Shown here one piece after another: positions 49,986 to 63,320 of a stretch of DNA of 64,000 nt. The notes beneath the pieces are model-generated. The model worked only from the letters and a program-made list of their open reading frames with translations. It had not been told where the DNA came from and did not search any database. The stretch comes from Mobula hypostoma (Eukaryota). The stretch is taken from assembly GCF_963921235.1 (NCBI RefSeq), contig NC_086118.1:22632001-22696000 (forward strand). Direction: 5' to 3'. The translations under genes were made by a program, and so were the position numbers. Each line of letters starts with the position of its first letter. Positions within the stretch are counted from its first letter, which is position 1.

Positions 49986-52729
49986 TCCTTTCCAAACTCT
50001 TTTTAGTACTGCTGCCTCTAATATTCATAGTATCTTAACCAGAAGTCCATGTATTAATCTCCCCAATCAGGTTCCTGCTTCAAACAGAAACAAAATAACT
50101 CTCATGAACTGATAACCTATACTGCTAAAAGTACTACACCTCTCTAGACTTATCTGATCTACCTGAAGCACTAGAGGTATTTGTTAATTCCCACCAAAGG
50201 GACTCCCCACCATTCACCTTAGTGGGTCCACATTTGCCCGGTTCCTTTCACATTCACTTGTAGACAAAGTCTCACTTGCAGTGCCCTCAGTTCCTCTCCC
50301 ACATTGGTTCAGGAATGAATTCTCTTTGGTTGACTTTATAATGATGACATTTATAGTTTTTAATATTAAAAATATGGAATATGCAACAATATTATTTGTT
50401 AGTTGGTTGATAGTTACATGATAAAGTTGCTTCTTTCAAATTTTATATAAAGAATTTTATTCTCACTGTGTTAAATCCCAGACATTCAGGAAATCCTAAA
50501 CCTAATTCTAATCTGACACAAAATTATATATCAATATTTTACAAAAACAAACTGGACAATATTGAATCCCATTTATATAACTTTCAAAGAACTAGCAAAA
50601 GTTTGATGGGCAAAAAGCCCTACAAGTTCAATATAAGTCATCATCACTTCATATACCGCATGCTGTGGCTTCGCAATGTATCTAATATACTATGTCTTAT
50701 CTGATAGTTATTTGTGACTCCCTGTGCATGATGGAATATTAAAACACAATTTATAATCATGACTCATCACACTATATGTCTGCAAACAAATACTGGATGA
50801 ACAGACATTATATCCAATATTGGAATGACTGAGATCCTCATTAGCAGTGACAATCATGATGACTGTTCCAAGCCACAGGTCTCCCCTCCCTGACTGAAAA
50901 TGAATGGACTGTTTGGATTCTTGATGTCATGTATGACCAAATATGAGCTTCAAACCACATGACCATCCCAATTACTAAAGCATCTCTGAAGCATCATCTG
51001 GTTCAATTCCTGCCTGAGCTGGTCAGCTGCTGTAACTTTTATTGTTGCACTGAGATTGCACTGATCTAATATACAGCCTACTGCTGTCTCTTATTCTTCT
51101 CTGTAAACCTGAGGTGATATTTTTAATGCATATCTAATTATGGGAATTCCATCACGTGTCCACACATAACTCAGTCTGGAGATGTCAAGTTGAACTTCCA
51201 AGGTCAAACATGAAATGGACCAGAGAAAGTAGCCTACATGTTTCACAGTTCATTCTATCCATGTCTTAACTCTTAGCAAGCCCTATTCAATCATCTTTCC
51301 AGTGACTTCTGACCCATGGCATATTCAACCACACAGAGAAATCACATCAGTCCCATTCCCCTTGCTTATTTCTTTGCAACCTGTTCCCCTTCATGTGCCC
51401 ACCAACTCCACTTTGACTCTTCTATCACTCGCGTATAGTAGCCAATTAATCTAGCAACCAGTATGTCACTGGGATTACCCAAGGAAGCTAATGCGCTCAC
51501 AGTGAGACCATGTAAAGCTTAACTGAGATCTGTGGACAAGGGTATTGCATTGAAGACTAGTTGGGATCTGGGGGAAGGCATTCAGTATCAATGGTCAAGC
51601 AGGTGGAAAGGGGAAGGTTTAATGGTTGCAACTGGACAGACACCTGCTCTCAATTGGGACAGGTGGACTGAGATTCATGACCTCTATCTAGGAATTTGGC
51701 ACTCTTAGGGCAGAGTGGAATATCCTCCCAGCAACGCTTCAAAAGGAACAGTGCAAGTGAATTGACATTATTGACATCTGAAATTCCATCACATGTCCAC
51801 ATACACCAGAATGTGCCATGTCAAATTTTCAGTGTGTCCATCAAATGGACAAAAACTATTCATTACCGCATTTCATTTCAGACGTCCTTTTGCACACATT
51901 TGGTTCTAAATTAAACAGTGCTGCACGATCAAATTTCTAGGCAATCCTTTACTTTCCTGATGTCTTACATTACTGGTTGATTGACTTACAGCCAAAAAAA
52001 AATCCTTGAAATTGAGACTGAAGAAAATTGCAAACACAGATCTGCTTTCTTGCTTGCTACACTAATACCAAGTGTCAAGCATATACATACATAGAAAATT
52101 AAAAGGTCATGGAGGGGCGCAGAAAATCATCAAAGAACCAAAATAGGACAAATAAAGTTGAAAAAAATCAGCATTCTTTTTAATTCAATTAAAACTCATA
52201 AATCTTAAATTGAAGTAAAAATATCATTACAGCAAATGAAGGCAACAATCCACATACTGAGGTATGCAATTTTTAAAATGGGTAAGAAACAGGTTTTAAA
52301 ATAGTCAGGGTATTTCAAAATTTATTTTTGGGAATACATCATGTGTGTTACGCATGTGTTCAAGTATAGACCACTAGTTAAAATCACTTCCTGCATAAAT
52401 GTTTCCAGTAACTTAAAGTGGGAGGTAAAGAAGCCTTGAATGGTGTTAAAGATTGTGAAGGAGAATGTAGAATTGTATAAGAAATTGCAAAGAAATTTCG
52501 ATAAGACTGAATGCCAATAATGTAAAATGAATTCAAGCCCATCGTCTTTCAAATGACGATTTGTTCCTTCTGTTTAATGATATCACTGCAACTGTATTTC
52601 TTGAAACTGGTAATCCTTGGACTCCTTTAATAACATGGTTTATTAGTAATTACTTCATTTCATTCTCTTGATCAGATTATCATTCAATTATTTTTATTTG
52701 CCTTTGAAGTATAAAGGATAAAGTATTAG

Positions 52730-53013
52730 GGGTTACCACTACACTTTACAATATAGGTGACTTTAGTTAAATTCCTGCCACTGCCTGCAAGGAGTTTGTA
52801 CGTTCTCTCTGTGACTGCATGTGTTTTCTGCGGGTGCTCCGGTTACCTCCCACAGTCCAAAGACGTACAGTTGACAAGTTAATCGGTCATTGTATATTGT
52901 CCTGTGATGAGGCTAGGATTAAATCGGGGATTGCTGGGTGGCATGGCTCAAAAGGCTGGAAGAGCCTATTCCACGCTGTATCGCAATAAAAATAAATAAA
53001 TAAATAAATAAAT
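52730..53013 (+). mobile_element. V-SINE-like tRNA-derived SINE
   Basis: GGAGTTTGTACGTTCTC...CGGGTGCTCCGGTTACCTCCCACAGTCCAAAGAC central domain; (TAAA)n tail. Confidence 0.8.
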
Positions 53014-53811
53014 TCAACATTAGCTTCAGAATGCTATTCTGAAGCAATGTTCTTGTTTAATTTTTACTATTTCTTTAAATCATTTTAGAAAAATTCTATC
53101 TACTTAATCCTTGTTTCAATACTGCTACAAGCATACAGCATGTCTTTGATCACTCAGTGCTGGATAACTACAGTGTAAATTGGTCACTGGACCTGTCTAC
53201 TTAGGAGGACTAAACCAAAGCATAAAGTTGGCTTTCTATCAAAGGGAAAGTTAATTGGCTAACTCTGAGCCTTAGTTTAGCATTCACAAGGAATATGAAT
53301 TAGAACTAGGTTTACTCAAGTGGAAATTGGACACTCCATTCTGGAGAGATTGCAGTTAAATCCCTGAAGTATGACAGGGAAGAGGGGTGTAAGTAATCTT
53401 GTTAACGGAAAGAAAGCCCTTGAGGGTTTTTGATCTGTTTGGAGTGCAGAAGATGGAGTGGGGATATAACTGACATAAATCAGTCAATGTGTTTCACCAA
53501 TAACTGAAACATGAAATGTCCAAATAAGAGTAAAACCAGACATCATTTGTTCATACATTTCAGTTCCAGTAGTAAAAAATGTGGCAGTTTCGATCAGCGT
53601 CAGTTGCTTAACTCTCAAAAGAAGAAATAAAAAGACTAGTTGTTTTTATGATGAGATCCTTAAGACAATGTCAAGAGATCTTAATTCTGAGACAATAGCG
53701 CTTCACGTTATATTTAGTTGTTTTTTGGTGGTAAAATATGTGCAAAGAATTGGAAATAAGGTCACGGTGGTGGGGAAGAGGCAAGGACATAAGCCACCTC
53801 CAATATTATAA

Positions 53812-54085
53812 GACATAAGACAAAAAGATATAAGAAAAGAATTAGGCCATTTGGCCTATCAAGTCTGCTCTGCCACTCCATCATGACTGATCTAATTTTT
53901 GATCCTACCTTCTGCCTTCTCCCTGTATCCCTTCATGTCCTGAAATCATTTTGGTGAACCTCCTTTAAATCCTCTCCAGTTTCAGTGCATCCTTTTGAAG
54001 ATAAGAGCCCAAAACCTGCTCACAATACTCCAAGTGATGCCTCACCAGTGTGTTATAAAGTCTCCACATTACATCCTCTCAACAT
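53812..54085 (-). mobile_element. CR1-clade LINE 3' fragment
   Basis: Reverse-complement tail with (ATAAGAC)-like repeats; decayed ORF2 C-terminus. Confidence 0.65.
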
Positions 54086-54098
54086 TATCTAATATGTA

Positions 54099-54545
54099 CC
54101 AAGATGAGAAAATCTGCTGGAAATCCAAGCAACACACGCAAAATGCTGGAGGAACTCAGCAGACAAGCCAGCATCTACGAAAAAGAGTAAACAGTCGATG
54201 TTTTGGGCTGAGAACCTTCAACAGGACTGGAAAAATAGATAAGTTAGAGCAAAAAGGTGGGGGGAGGGGTGGAAGATGATTGGCGAAACTGGGAGAGAGG
54301 GAGGGGTGAAGTAAAGAGCTGGGAAATTTTTTGGTGAAAGAGATAAAGGGGCTGGAGAAGGGGGGATCTGTTAGGAGAGGGTGGGAGACCATGGAAGAAA
54401 GGGAAGGGGAGGAGCTCTAGAAAGAGGTATTGGGCAGGTAAGGAAATATGGTGAGAGAGGGAAATGGAAATGGGGGAATGGTGAAGGTGGGAGGGGGCAG
54501 TTACCGGAAGTTTGAAATATTGACGTTCAGCATTTTGTGTGTGTT
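54099..54545 (-). mobile_element. Penelope-like 3' fragment with short inverted end
   Basis: Terminus plus purine-rich 3' UTR as at 26105-26470. 18-bp inverted repeat 54131-54148 / 54528-54545. Flanking TAATATGTA duplicated (54090-54098 / 54549-54557). Hammerhead core mutated (CTGTTGA, AAAA). Confidence 0.8.
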
Positions 54546-57500
54546 ACGTAATATGTAGTCTAGCTTGAGACAATGGTTACGTGCACAGTTGCCTTTACCC
54601 ATAACCTGAAAGACACAAAGATTTGTCCCTCCAAAAGCAAAAAGATCAAGCATCTGTATACACTTCAGTATTGCTCATTCAAGGAAGTTCAGGACAGTAT
54701 CTTCCCTGATGATGAAGAATTGAGCTCCGTCAATGACTTAATCAGTAAATGTTCGTCATGTTCAGATAGACCTCAAGTCTTCACATGTTGTTAGTTTAGA
54801 CATAACTAGGCAGAACAAATATGGCAGTTCCACTGTAAGTCTCTGTATATCCAGATGAAGGTTAAAAATTAGATGGATTCTGTCCAATCACTACTCTCTG
54901 GTAGCCTTTTGTGCTGCTGATAACATCTTAACATGAGGTGATGACTGGATCCAGCTTACAATGAAATAACCAAAAGTGACAGGTAGTTATGGGACAATAT
55001 CCATGGAAATCTGGCCTTTGTGGGGGAGGAGGAAAATGAAGGAAATAACATACACAAACACTGCTAAAACTTCTCCATTTCCAAGTAGTACTGCTATGTA
55101 AGTCTGTGAAATGCAACTTTCTGGTCCAATTCGGAACTCAGTGTTTCCTTCCTGAACCCTATTTACAAGGGAAATCCACTCTAATTTGAATCAATTTGAT
55201 CCCTATTGACAAGCTTCTTTGCTTATTTCCTTCTCCATTTACACGAAGATGAGAACTGTTTATCTCAAGTGTAAATCAATACAGATTAAAGAGCTCAATT
55301 TGCGTCCCTTGATTTAAGTGAGCAGTGTGTGGGTTGGATAGATCATTTTGCTTCTGATGTGTTTAGCTTGCATTTGTGAGGTTTGAGCTTGTTAGGTGAA
55401 GTTTAAAAATTAATAGAAATAAATCCAAGAGTCAGTGGACATTAAAATTTTCCGTAACTTAGGATAATATTTATTCTGCATAAACCATATGATAATTATT
55501 GGGGCACTGTACTGGAAAATGTGGCCTATTAATAGTAAAAGTTATGAATCAGATAAGCCCATGAGTGATTTTGATGTTCACTGTACATAGCTCCTAGCCT
55601 ATAATTGACAGATAATATATTTTATATTTATTTTAGAAATAAAATTCAGTACTTAGATTTGTCTGCTCATATCAGGCTAGGAAATGCCAGCATCAAATGG
55701 CAATTTATCCTGAGTAACCTGATCTGTGTCCAAGGAGACAGGTAGCATATACTGTGAACTAATCTTAACACCTCCATGTTTAGCAAGGGAAAATTAGCCA
55801 GATTGCTAACATCTGTCATATGAGCAGGAACTCCTGCTGGAGGTCAACGTGAGTGAACATCTGGAGAGAATTCACATCCTCGCCTCTCTGTCACCCCAGA
55901 ATGGGAAGTTCAAACTTATCATTCACATTTTTAAAACCGTTGGCAGTAAAGCTGAATGAATTGAACTGGCCAGTCAGGCTCACAGCCAAATGACAGGCAT
56001 GTGATTTTCAGTTATTTTTATATGTAATATAATAATACTGTCAAAACAACAATTCTCCAGTTTCCTGTGAATCTTTCAATATCAAAGTGAATTCATGAGG
56101 GGAAGGGTCAGATGTTCAGACAGGAGCATAAAACCATCTGACAGGTTATGGAAGGGAGGTGGTACAGTGGAGCTAGATACAACGTAGTCTCATAGCTCCA
56201 GTAACCCAGTTCCATTATGCCCTAATGGACCTCCTTCAGATGATCCAACGTCCCAAAGGCAAGCTGGTTGATTTGTTAATTGTGCACTTTGAATGACCCC
56301 CGATTGTAGGTGGCTACTGGAAGAATCAGTGGGTTGTTGGTGGACATGTGCAAGATAATGTGATATGAAAAATAAATGGGGAAATAGGATTGACAGGACT
56401 GAAACAACTTGATGAGCTGAGCAGCCTCCTTCTTTGATTATGGAATGAAACAGAAGGTAATTATTTTCTCTTGGGCTTTGGAAATTAAAAAAAAATTGTA
56501 AGTAAAATAAAATTATACTAAAACTTGGAGATTTAGGAGTCATTTTTGCTGCTGGTGGCAAGGGTATGCCTCAAAAAGCAAAAATTTCATGACATAAGCC
56601 AATGATATTAAACCCGATTCTGATGACAGGGTTTAAAAGGCAGAAACAAAGTAGCTGAGAGATAAATTGAGATGGATGCCTAGATGGGAGGATGTGAGTC
56701 AGTGGTTTATCAGGAATGAGTTCCAAGCTTAACAAGCAGATGGTGTTGGAGAAGGCAGAGGAAGAGCAGGGAGAAATCTTCCAAAGCTCTGATCTGGGGC
56801 TGGACAGGTGAGAGATTGGCCACTGTAAACTGCCCCTTGTGTATGCAAATGGTAATCTTGGGAGCGTCGATAAGAATGTGGGGAGACTACAATTAAAAGG
56901 ATCAATGTAGGATTAGTGTAAATAGCTGGTTGATTGTCAACATGGATTTAGTGAGTTGAAGGGGGCCAATCTCTATGCTATATTACTCTATAACTTTTGC
57001 TGGAGGTTAGAACGGAGGCAAAGGAACAGAATATTAAAAAAATAGCAATAATATAAAAGATAGAAAAAAAAGTGCCTTTTTTTCCTTCTGGTGCAATAAA
57101 CCATTTAATTTCATTTTCAGCTTCCCAAGGTTATTGGATAGACTTACAAAGTGGCAGGTAAGAAAAGTAGCTGGTGCAGATTTGACCTTCCCCTAGTTAC
57201 TACACCTGCAAAATTCTGTACTGGCATCAACAGAAACCAAAGTCTAACAGGATCTATTACAGAATCTAACATCACATTTTAAACCCCTGTCACAGTTCTT
57301 CCCATTGTTGCTTAATGCCTTCAACTTGTAATGGCACTGTCCCTTCAACTCATTAAACACTCTGCTTTTCTTTACTTGATAGGTGAAAGGGAGGTCACCT
57401 GGGGGTAGTTGTTGTTGTCCTAATAGAAATGATTAGAGCTAATGGTGAGGAAGGCAGTGCCTTTAATGAGGCTCATTAATTATTGAGAAACAAATGATTG

Positions 57501-60169
57501 TTTTTCAGAACACAGCACGTCCCAGCTAATACCACCTCCCCAACACACACACTGCCCGCAACCCCAACATATCACAAAGAGAAGTGGGATGCTGAAGCTT
57601 GGCCTGACAATTAAAGAGTTAGTATTTGTTCCTGTGAACTCTGACAGGCCATGGTTATTCAGAGTAAACTTCTGGAAGGAGAGAATTACAAGCTATGACA
57701 CAGACAGCAGCTGTTGAACTCAGCCAACACTGAGATAATGAGCCCCTCCTGTATCTCTGTACTAAATCTCAAAGTGTACTATTCTTACATTTCCTATGTA
57801 ACTGATAACAAAACTATCATCTTATGTTAAAGAAAAAGTGTATTTTTAAACAGCCACCCATCTGGTCTGTAGTTATTTAAAGAGATTTGAAGTTCTACAA
57901 TTCAGAAATAGATCCTTTGGCAGACTACCTGAGCTAGCCCCATTTGCCAATTCTTTCCTTTTTTTTAATGTAATGAAATCCAGTAGCTAATTTTCAGTAA
58001 TTCAAGTTTTTTTTAAATTGAGTTCATTAAGAAGAATTTAGTAACTATACCACACATATTTAGAATGCAATTAGTTTGAAAACTATACTGAAGATGGAAA
58101 AACCACTGAACTGCTGAAAGATTCCATCTCTCTTTGGCTATGGCCTCAATCATCATCTAACTCCAATTAATGCCGGTGCATATTCATAATTGACTCAGTG
58201 GTGTGATATTGGCTAGACTAGGATTCAAGGCTATTTTCTCTCCAACAAGGATTAAAAGAAATAAAAATGAGGAGTGAGTTCATGTGTCTTTCATATTAAA
58301 GACCTAATTTACAAAATGTATGGTCTAACAGTTTGGTTCCTTAATGATGAAAACTGAGCTTGTACCTCATTTGATAACTGAATCAAGACCTCTGCCCCTT
58401 TACTCTGTGCCCTTGTCTTTGTAATCATTGCTTTTGAGAAGAAACGGGTTCAGATGTTGTATACCAAATCCAATGAGAATCCATGAATACAAAATTGCTT
58501 AAGTATAAAAATCAATTTGTAGAGTTGTTCTCATGGTCAAATAATAGGTGTAGAACCCAGCAGTTTTTTTCTAAATGTACTCTCAGTAGGAGCAGAGGTC
58601 CATTTGGTCATAGATTGACCAACCCACAGATCAGCTAATTGATAGAAATAACAGATGAAAATTAATGTTCTCTATCAAGAGTGGAAACATTAAAATAATG
58701 TTAAAAGTAAGTATGCATTTTCACAAAAGACCGTTAATATCCTCTGTGTTATATCCACAGTCTCCTAACACACCCAAATATTGTACAAGTCAAAAATTTG
58801 TAAGCCAAATTCACATTTGTATTTTGACATGTGAGCAGCTTTATTGTTGTTCCTTTTTGAATGTTCACACCTACTTTCCTTAGCTTTAATTTCCTGCTTA
58901 CACATAACTTGTTTATTTTTCATTTCACTGGATGTTTTGTGCTCCTTGAACTCATTGGCTGCTTTTGAGAGATGGATTCAGCAATATTTCAATACCTAAA
59001 AGTTCCCTCTAATACCTTATTTTTGAGAAGTTCGTCTTAGCTTCATTATTTTATGATAAAGCTCTCTTGGTAATTAATTATGGTTGCTTAAACCCACTAA
59101 ACCCAATCAGTTTGAAAAGTGCCTTATTAATATGCTAATACCTCTTGTTGAAATTCATGAATCTATATTAATAAAACTCAGCTCTTCAGAATTTGTACTC
59201 CAAAGTGGTTGTTAATGGCAGACAGCTGATGCTCTTCTCTAATGTTTAGCCATAGAGTCAAAGTGCTGTGTATTAATTCAAAATTTGTACATTCAATTCC
59301 TTTGTCTATGCCATTTTGCTGCTCTTCCTCAACCTTATTAGTTCTTACTCATGTGATGTGAGAGAATTAACCCACATGATTGATAGGGGGGCCAGACCAG
59401 AGTGCAGCAGAGAAACCCAAGATTATCAATGACCAGACTTGAAATGGTAAAACAGTGAACTTAACTGCTTCTGTTTATCTTGATAAAACACTCATCTTAT
59501 ACCACAGCAAATCAAAGGAGCTCATTTGCAAATACTGCTGACAGATCCAACTGTCAGGAAGCTCTAGAAATCAGAGCTCATTTCAACTGTTGGGGAAATA
59601 GTTATTGTGCAAACACAAAGTAACAGTACAATCTATAAAATTCCTTCCTTAAAGGCAGCCTTCGAAGATAGTGTTCAGTTTTCCAGAGACATGCTGAAGC
59701 ATCCATTAATCATGTTCAGTTATGTACCATTGCAGACTGCCACATTAGAGGCAAATTACTTTAAAGTGAACTGGGGTGTGTAGATATTTTTCAGACTGTT
59801 AAAGATTTAGTCCCAGGGTGCAATTTTGGCTTTTATTTATGAATTGGTTGGTGGATACACAACTTTGTTCCAATATGGAGAATTTTACAATGGAAAATAT
59901 GTCTTAAAAACACCTGTTGTGGATTTCATTTATAGAACAATTTAGAGCAAGTTAAAGAACATCTTGCCTTTTACAGATGGCAACTTTGCTACATTCCATT
60001 TTTGCCAAAAATCAGCAAATTACACTTTGTAGTAAACTGTTTTTTGTGTTTTAAGAAGAAATGTTTGAAGTACTGAAAGCAATGAATTGGCAATGGCTGA
60101 GTTCAATTCAGACTTTGGATTTCTAGATGCAGACAACAGCCAATGTTAAAAATGTACAATAGATATTGG

Positions 60170-60295
60170 GGAACACAAGATGCTGGAAATCCAGAGTAAC
60201 ACAAAATGCTGGAGGAACTCAGCAGGTCCGACAGCATCTGAGGGAAGGAATAGAGTCGACATTTGGGGTGAGACCTTTCATCAAGATTCTGAGGG
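60170..60295 (-). mobile_element. Old Penelope-like terminal fragment
   Basis: AAAATGCTGGAGGAACTCAGCAGGTC...GTCGACATTTGGGGTGAGACCTTTCATCA. Confidence 0.65.
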
Positions 60296-61624
60296 AAATT
60301 ATTTAACTTTTCAGGTGTGTTACAATTTTTGGAAGAGAATTGGCAATGTAAATGGGGGAGTTGATTTTTAAAAAAAATATTCCCCTTGAATAAAGAGAAT
60401 GAGAATATTTAGAGAATCTGGTAGATTATATTCCATTGATTTAGAAATGTGTCTGTCCATTTGATTAAAATACAGCAGGAAACCAATATCTAAAAGGAAA
60501 ATCACTGTAGATCAATCATCAACAAAAATAAATGACAGGGCTACATTTAGGGCAGTGTAAATTCTGTGAAATTACTTATCATTCGAACAAAACATCAGAA
60601 ATAGTACTGACATTAGCTCTTGACACAAAATGTCAGCCATCCCTTTACCTCTATACATGCTGCTTGACTTGCTGTGTTCCTCCAGCAGTTTGTTTTTTTC
60701 CCTTAGAAATAGCAATCATCTTACATCTAAGCCCTAAAATCCCAAGAATTTTGTTTATAGTTTCAATTTACCAACATTTACACATTTCTGATAGCCCTTG
60801 AATGAGGTATGTTCACAGAATTAGAATGAAAGGATGCTTGCAAATGAAATCCCTCTTTACACCACTATTAGACTATTAGGAAGCAGCAGCCTGATTTAGC
60901 ATCAGCACAGTATCAATAGTGTAAAACCATACAGAGTGCAGTATCATATCTCAAATTCCTCCATCCTAACGTTGGACGAGGGAACCTGATATACGCAGAA
61001 GACAGCTTCTCTTCTTGCAGTTCAACATTTAATATCAACACTAAATCTAAGTAGTATGAATATACTATGAGTCATCAACCCAAATGTTACAAGTATTCAC
61101 CCAGCCGCAACCCTATTCCTAACCCTCTGTGACCTCACTATCAAGATGCATTTCACTGTGAATTTCTCTGGCTAAACTGCCAGGACATTTATGTGATCTG
61201 CTTCTCAAGCTTGGTATGAAGATTTATGTACCTCAGTCTTGGGCTGCCAAACTGGAACCCATAGCCAACATCAAAAAAGTAACAGATTAAGTAAGGTTTT
61301 CTCAAGTGGATAATGTACAGCGTGTGTTTTCCTATTTCTAGTTGTTTTGTAATGTAATCAACATTTCCAGGTTCAATGAAAGGAAGAATTTGCATCTATA
61401 AATAAGAAAGCAAAATCGACCAATGACAGAGTTTGAAATAGCATTGAAAATTGAAGGCAAGCATTGCTCGCACTTTAACCATCAGCTGAAGCCTTTGAGA
61501 AGAACAATTTTATTACAGTTCAATATTATCTGCATTCTTTAGTTGGTAAAACACCAGAAGCCAAAGTAAATATAAAGAGTTGGAGATGGAATGAGTTGGA
61601 TGAGAGGTAATTTTATTAGCGGAG

Positions 61625-62145
61625 AATGATTGATGCCTTTTGAAGATGTCCTCGAAAGTGGGGAATCTTGTGTCTGTGATAGAGTTGGCTGAGCTTACAT
61701 CCCTTTGCAGCCTCTTGTAACCTTGCGCATTGGAGCGTCCATCAAGCAGTGACACACCCAATCAATGCTCTCCACTGTCTGACTGTGGAAATTTGCTAGC
61801 TTTTGGTGACATACCAAATCTCCTCAAACACCTAATGAAGTATAGCCACCTGTGAGTGCATCATTACGTTAAGCCCAGGATAGACATTGGCACCCAGGAG
61901 TTTGAAGCTGCTCGCCCTTTCCACTGCTGATCCCTCAACGAGGACTAGTGTGTGTTCTTCTGACTTCATCTGCCTCAAATCTACAATCAATTCCTTAGTC
62001 TTGTTAAGTGCGAGGCAGTTGTTGTGACATCACTCAACCGCTGATTTCTCTCTCTTCTATACACCACCTCATTGCCATCTAAGATTCTGCCAACAACATT
62101 GGAAACATTGGAAAATTTATAAATATTTGTTTGAGTTGTACTCAG
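61625..62145 (-). mobile_element. Rex1/Babar-type LINE fragment
   Basis: Collinear with 10070-10490 and 38710-38880. Confidence 0.7.
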
Positions 62146-62149
62146 TCAT

Positions 62150-62397
62150 GATTCCTTAAGGTTGTTCTAGCCAGGGGTGGTAATGGGGACAAGCTCCCTC
62201 TACCTATTAAATGCTCCCAATGGTGTGTGCCTCAAATAGCTTCTGAAAACCAAGTCTAGCTCCTGGCCTTCATGTGTTGTTTGGCTACTGAGTCCAGCAG
62301 CACCATTTCTACTGACAGGAGAAGGTGCAAGGGCAGGTTACTAGTGCCTTAAAACCAGTCACTTTGGGCAAATGGGGCTAATCAGCAATGGTTGGCC
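62150..62397 (+). mobile_element. Probable RTE-related 5' region or SINE fragment
   Basis: GC-richer structured block recognised only from memory of fish RTE-like repeats; no second copy in the window. Confidence 0.3.
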
Positions 62398-63057
62398 ATT
62401 CAGCCCGTTGAGTCTGGTTCACCTTTTAATAAGATCATGGACACATTGACTGTAGCTTCAATTCCGATGTAACTTCCCATCTTATCGCAATGATATTTCA
62501 GCTTCTTTCTCATTAACTATCTATCTGCTTTACAGTAAACTACTCAGAGACTCTGCTTCCACTGCTCTAGCAGGGACTGGGGAAGCACTGGGAAGCTATG
62601 CTAGTCTGCATTCTACTGCACTATTGGAATACAAGGGTCTTGTGATAGCAATCGGCTGTGCAGAAGTTTAGAACATCCACGTCTGCAGAAGTTTGCATCG
62701 GAGTCCAAATACTGAAACATCATTGGAGTTTCATATACATTTACTGCCTTTTATTGTAAATTTCAGTGCAATATTCATACAAGAGAAATAACCACTGAGG
62801 AATCAATATTGTCAGCTAATTAAGATGCCAGATACGGATTTTGTAAACTTAAGCAAAATCACATTCTGGCACTTTCACCCTCTGAACAACAACAGACATT
62901 AGTAAATAAGTATAGACATGTGGTTTGACAATGAATTTATAATCTGTGGAGTTATTAGATCTTTCTTATCTAGAATTAGTTTTTAGATGTAGGCATTCTC
63001 TGGTAGAAACTGAATTTGTGGGAATATCCAAACATTTTTTTACAATGTGATTATGAA

Positions 63058-63320
63058 TGTTATTGAGGTACAGTGCAGAGTATCAAGTCCAGCTGCCCCG
63101 CAACTCCTGATTTAACCCTAGACTAATCACAGAACAATTTACAATGACCAATTAATCTACCAACTGGTACATCTTTGGACTGTGGGAGGAAAACAGAGCA
63201 CCCAGAGGAAATCCACATGGTCTTGGAGAGAACGTACAAACTCCTTACAAGCAGCGGTAGGAATCGAACCTTTGTCACCTGTACTGTAAAACATTGTGCT
63301 AACCACTACGCTACCGTGCC
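63058..63320 (-). mobile_element. V-SINE-like tRNA-derived SINE with intact Pol III boxes
   Basis: Minus strand A box TAGCGTAGTGG (63303-63313) and B box GGTTCGATTCC (63260-63270); central domain as at 52790-52865. Confidence 0.85.

Noticed and set aside
54573..54794. FPDDEEL peptide reminiscent of a mariner C-terminal segment
   Set aside because: Too short, with no TIRs or other transposase motifs nearby.
63250..63320. tRNA-like sequence with A and B boxes
   Set aside because: It is the head of a SINE continuing into the V-SINE central domain; no acceptor stem.
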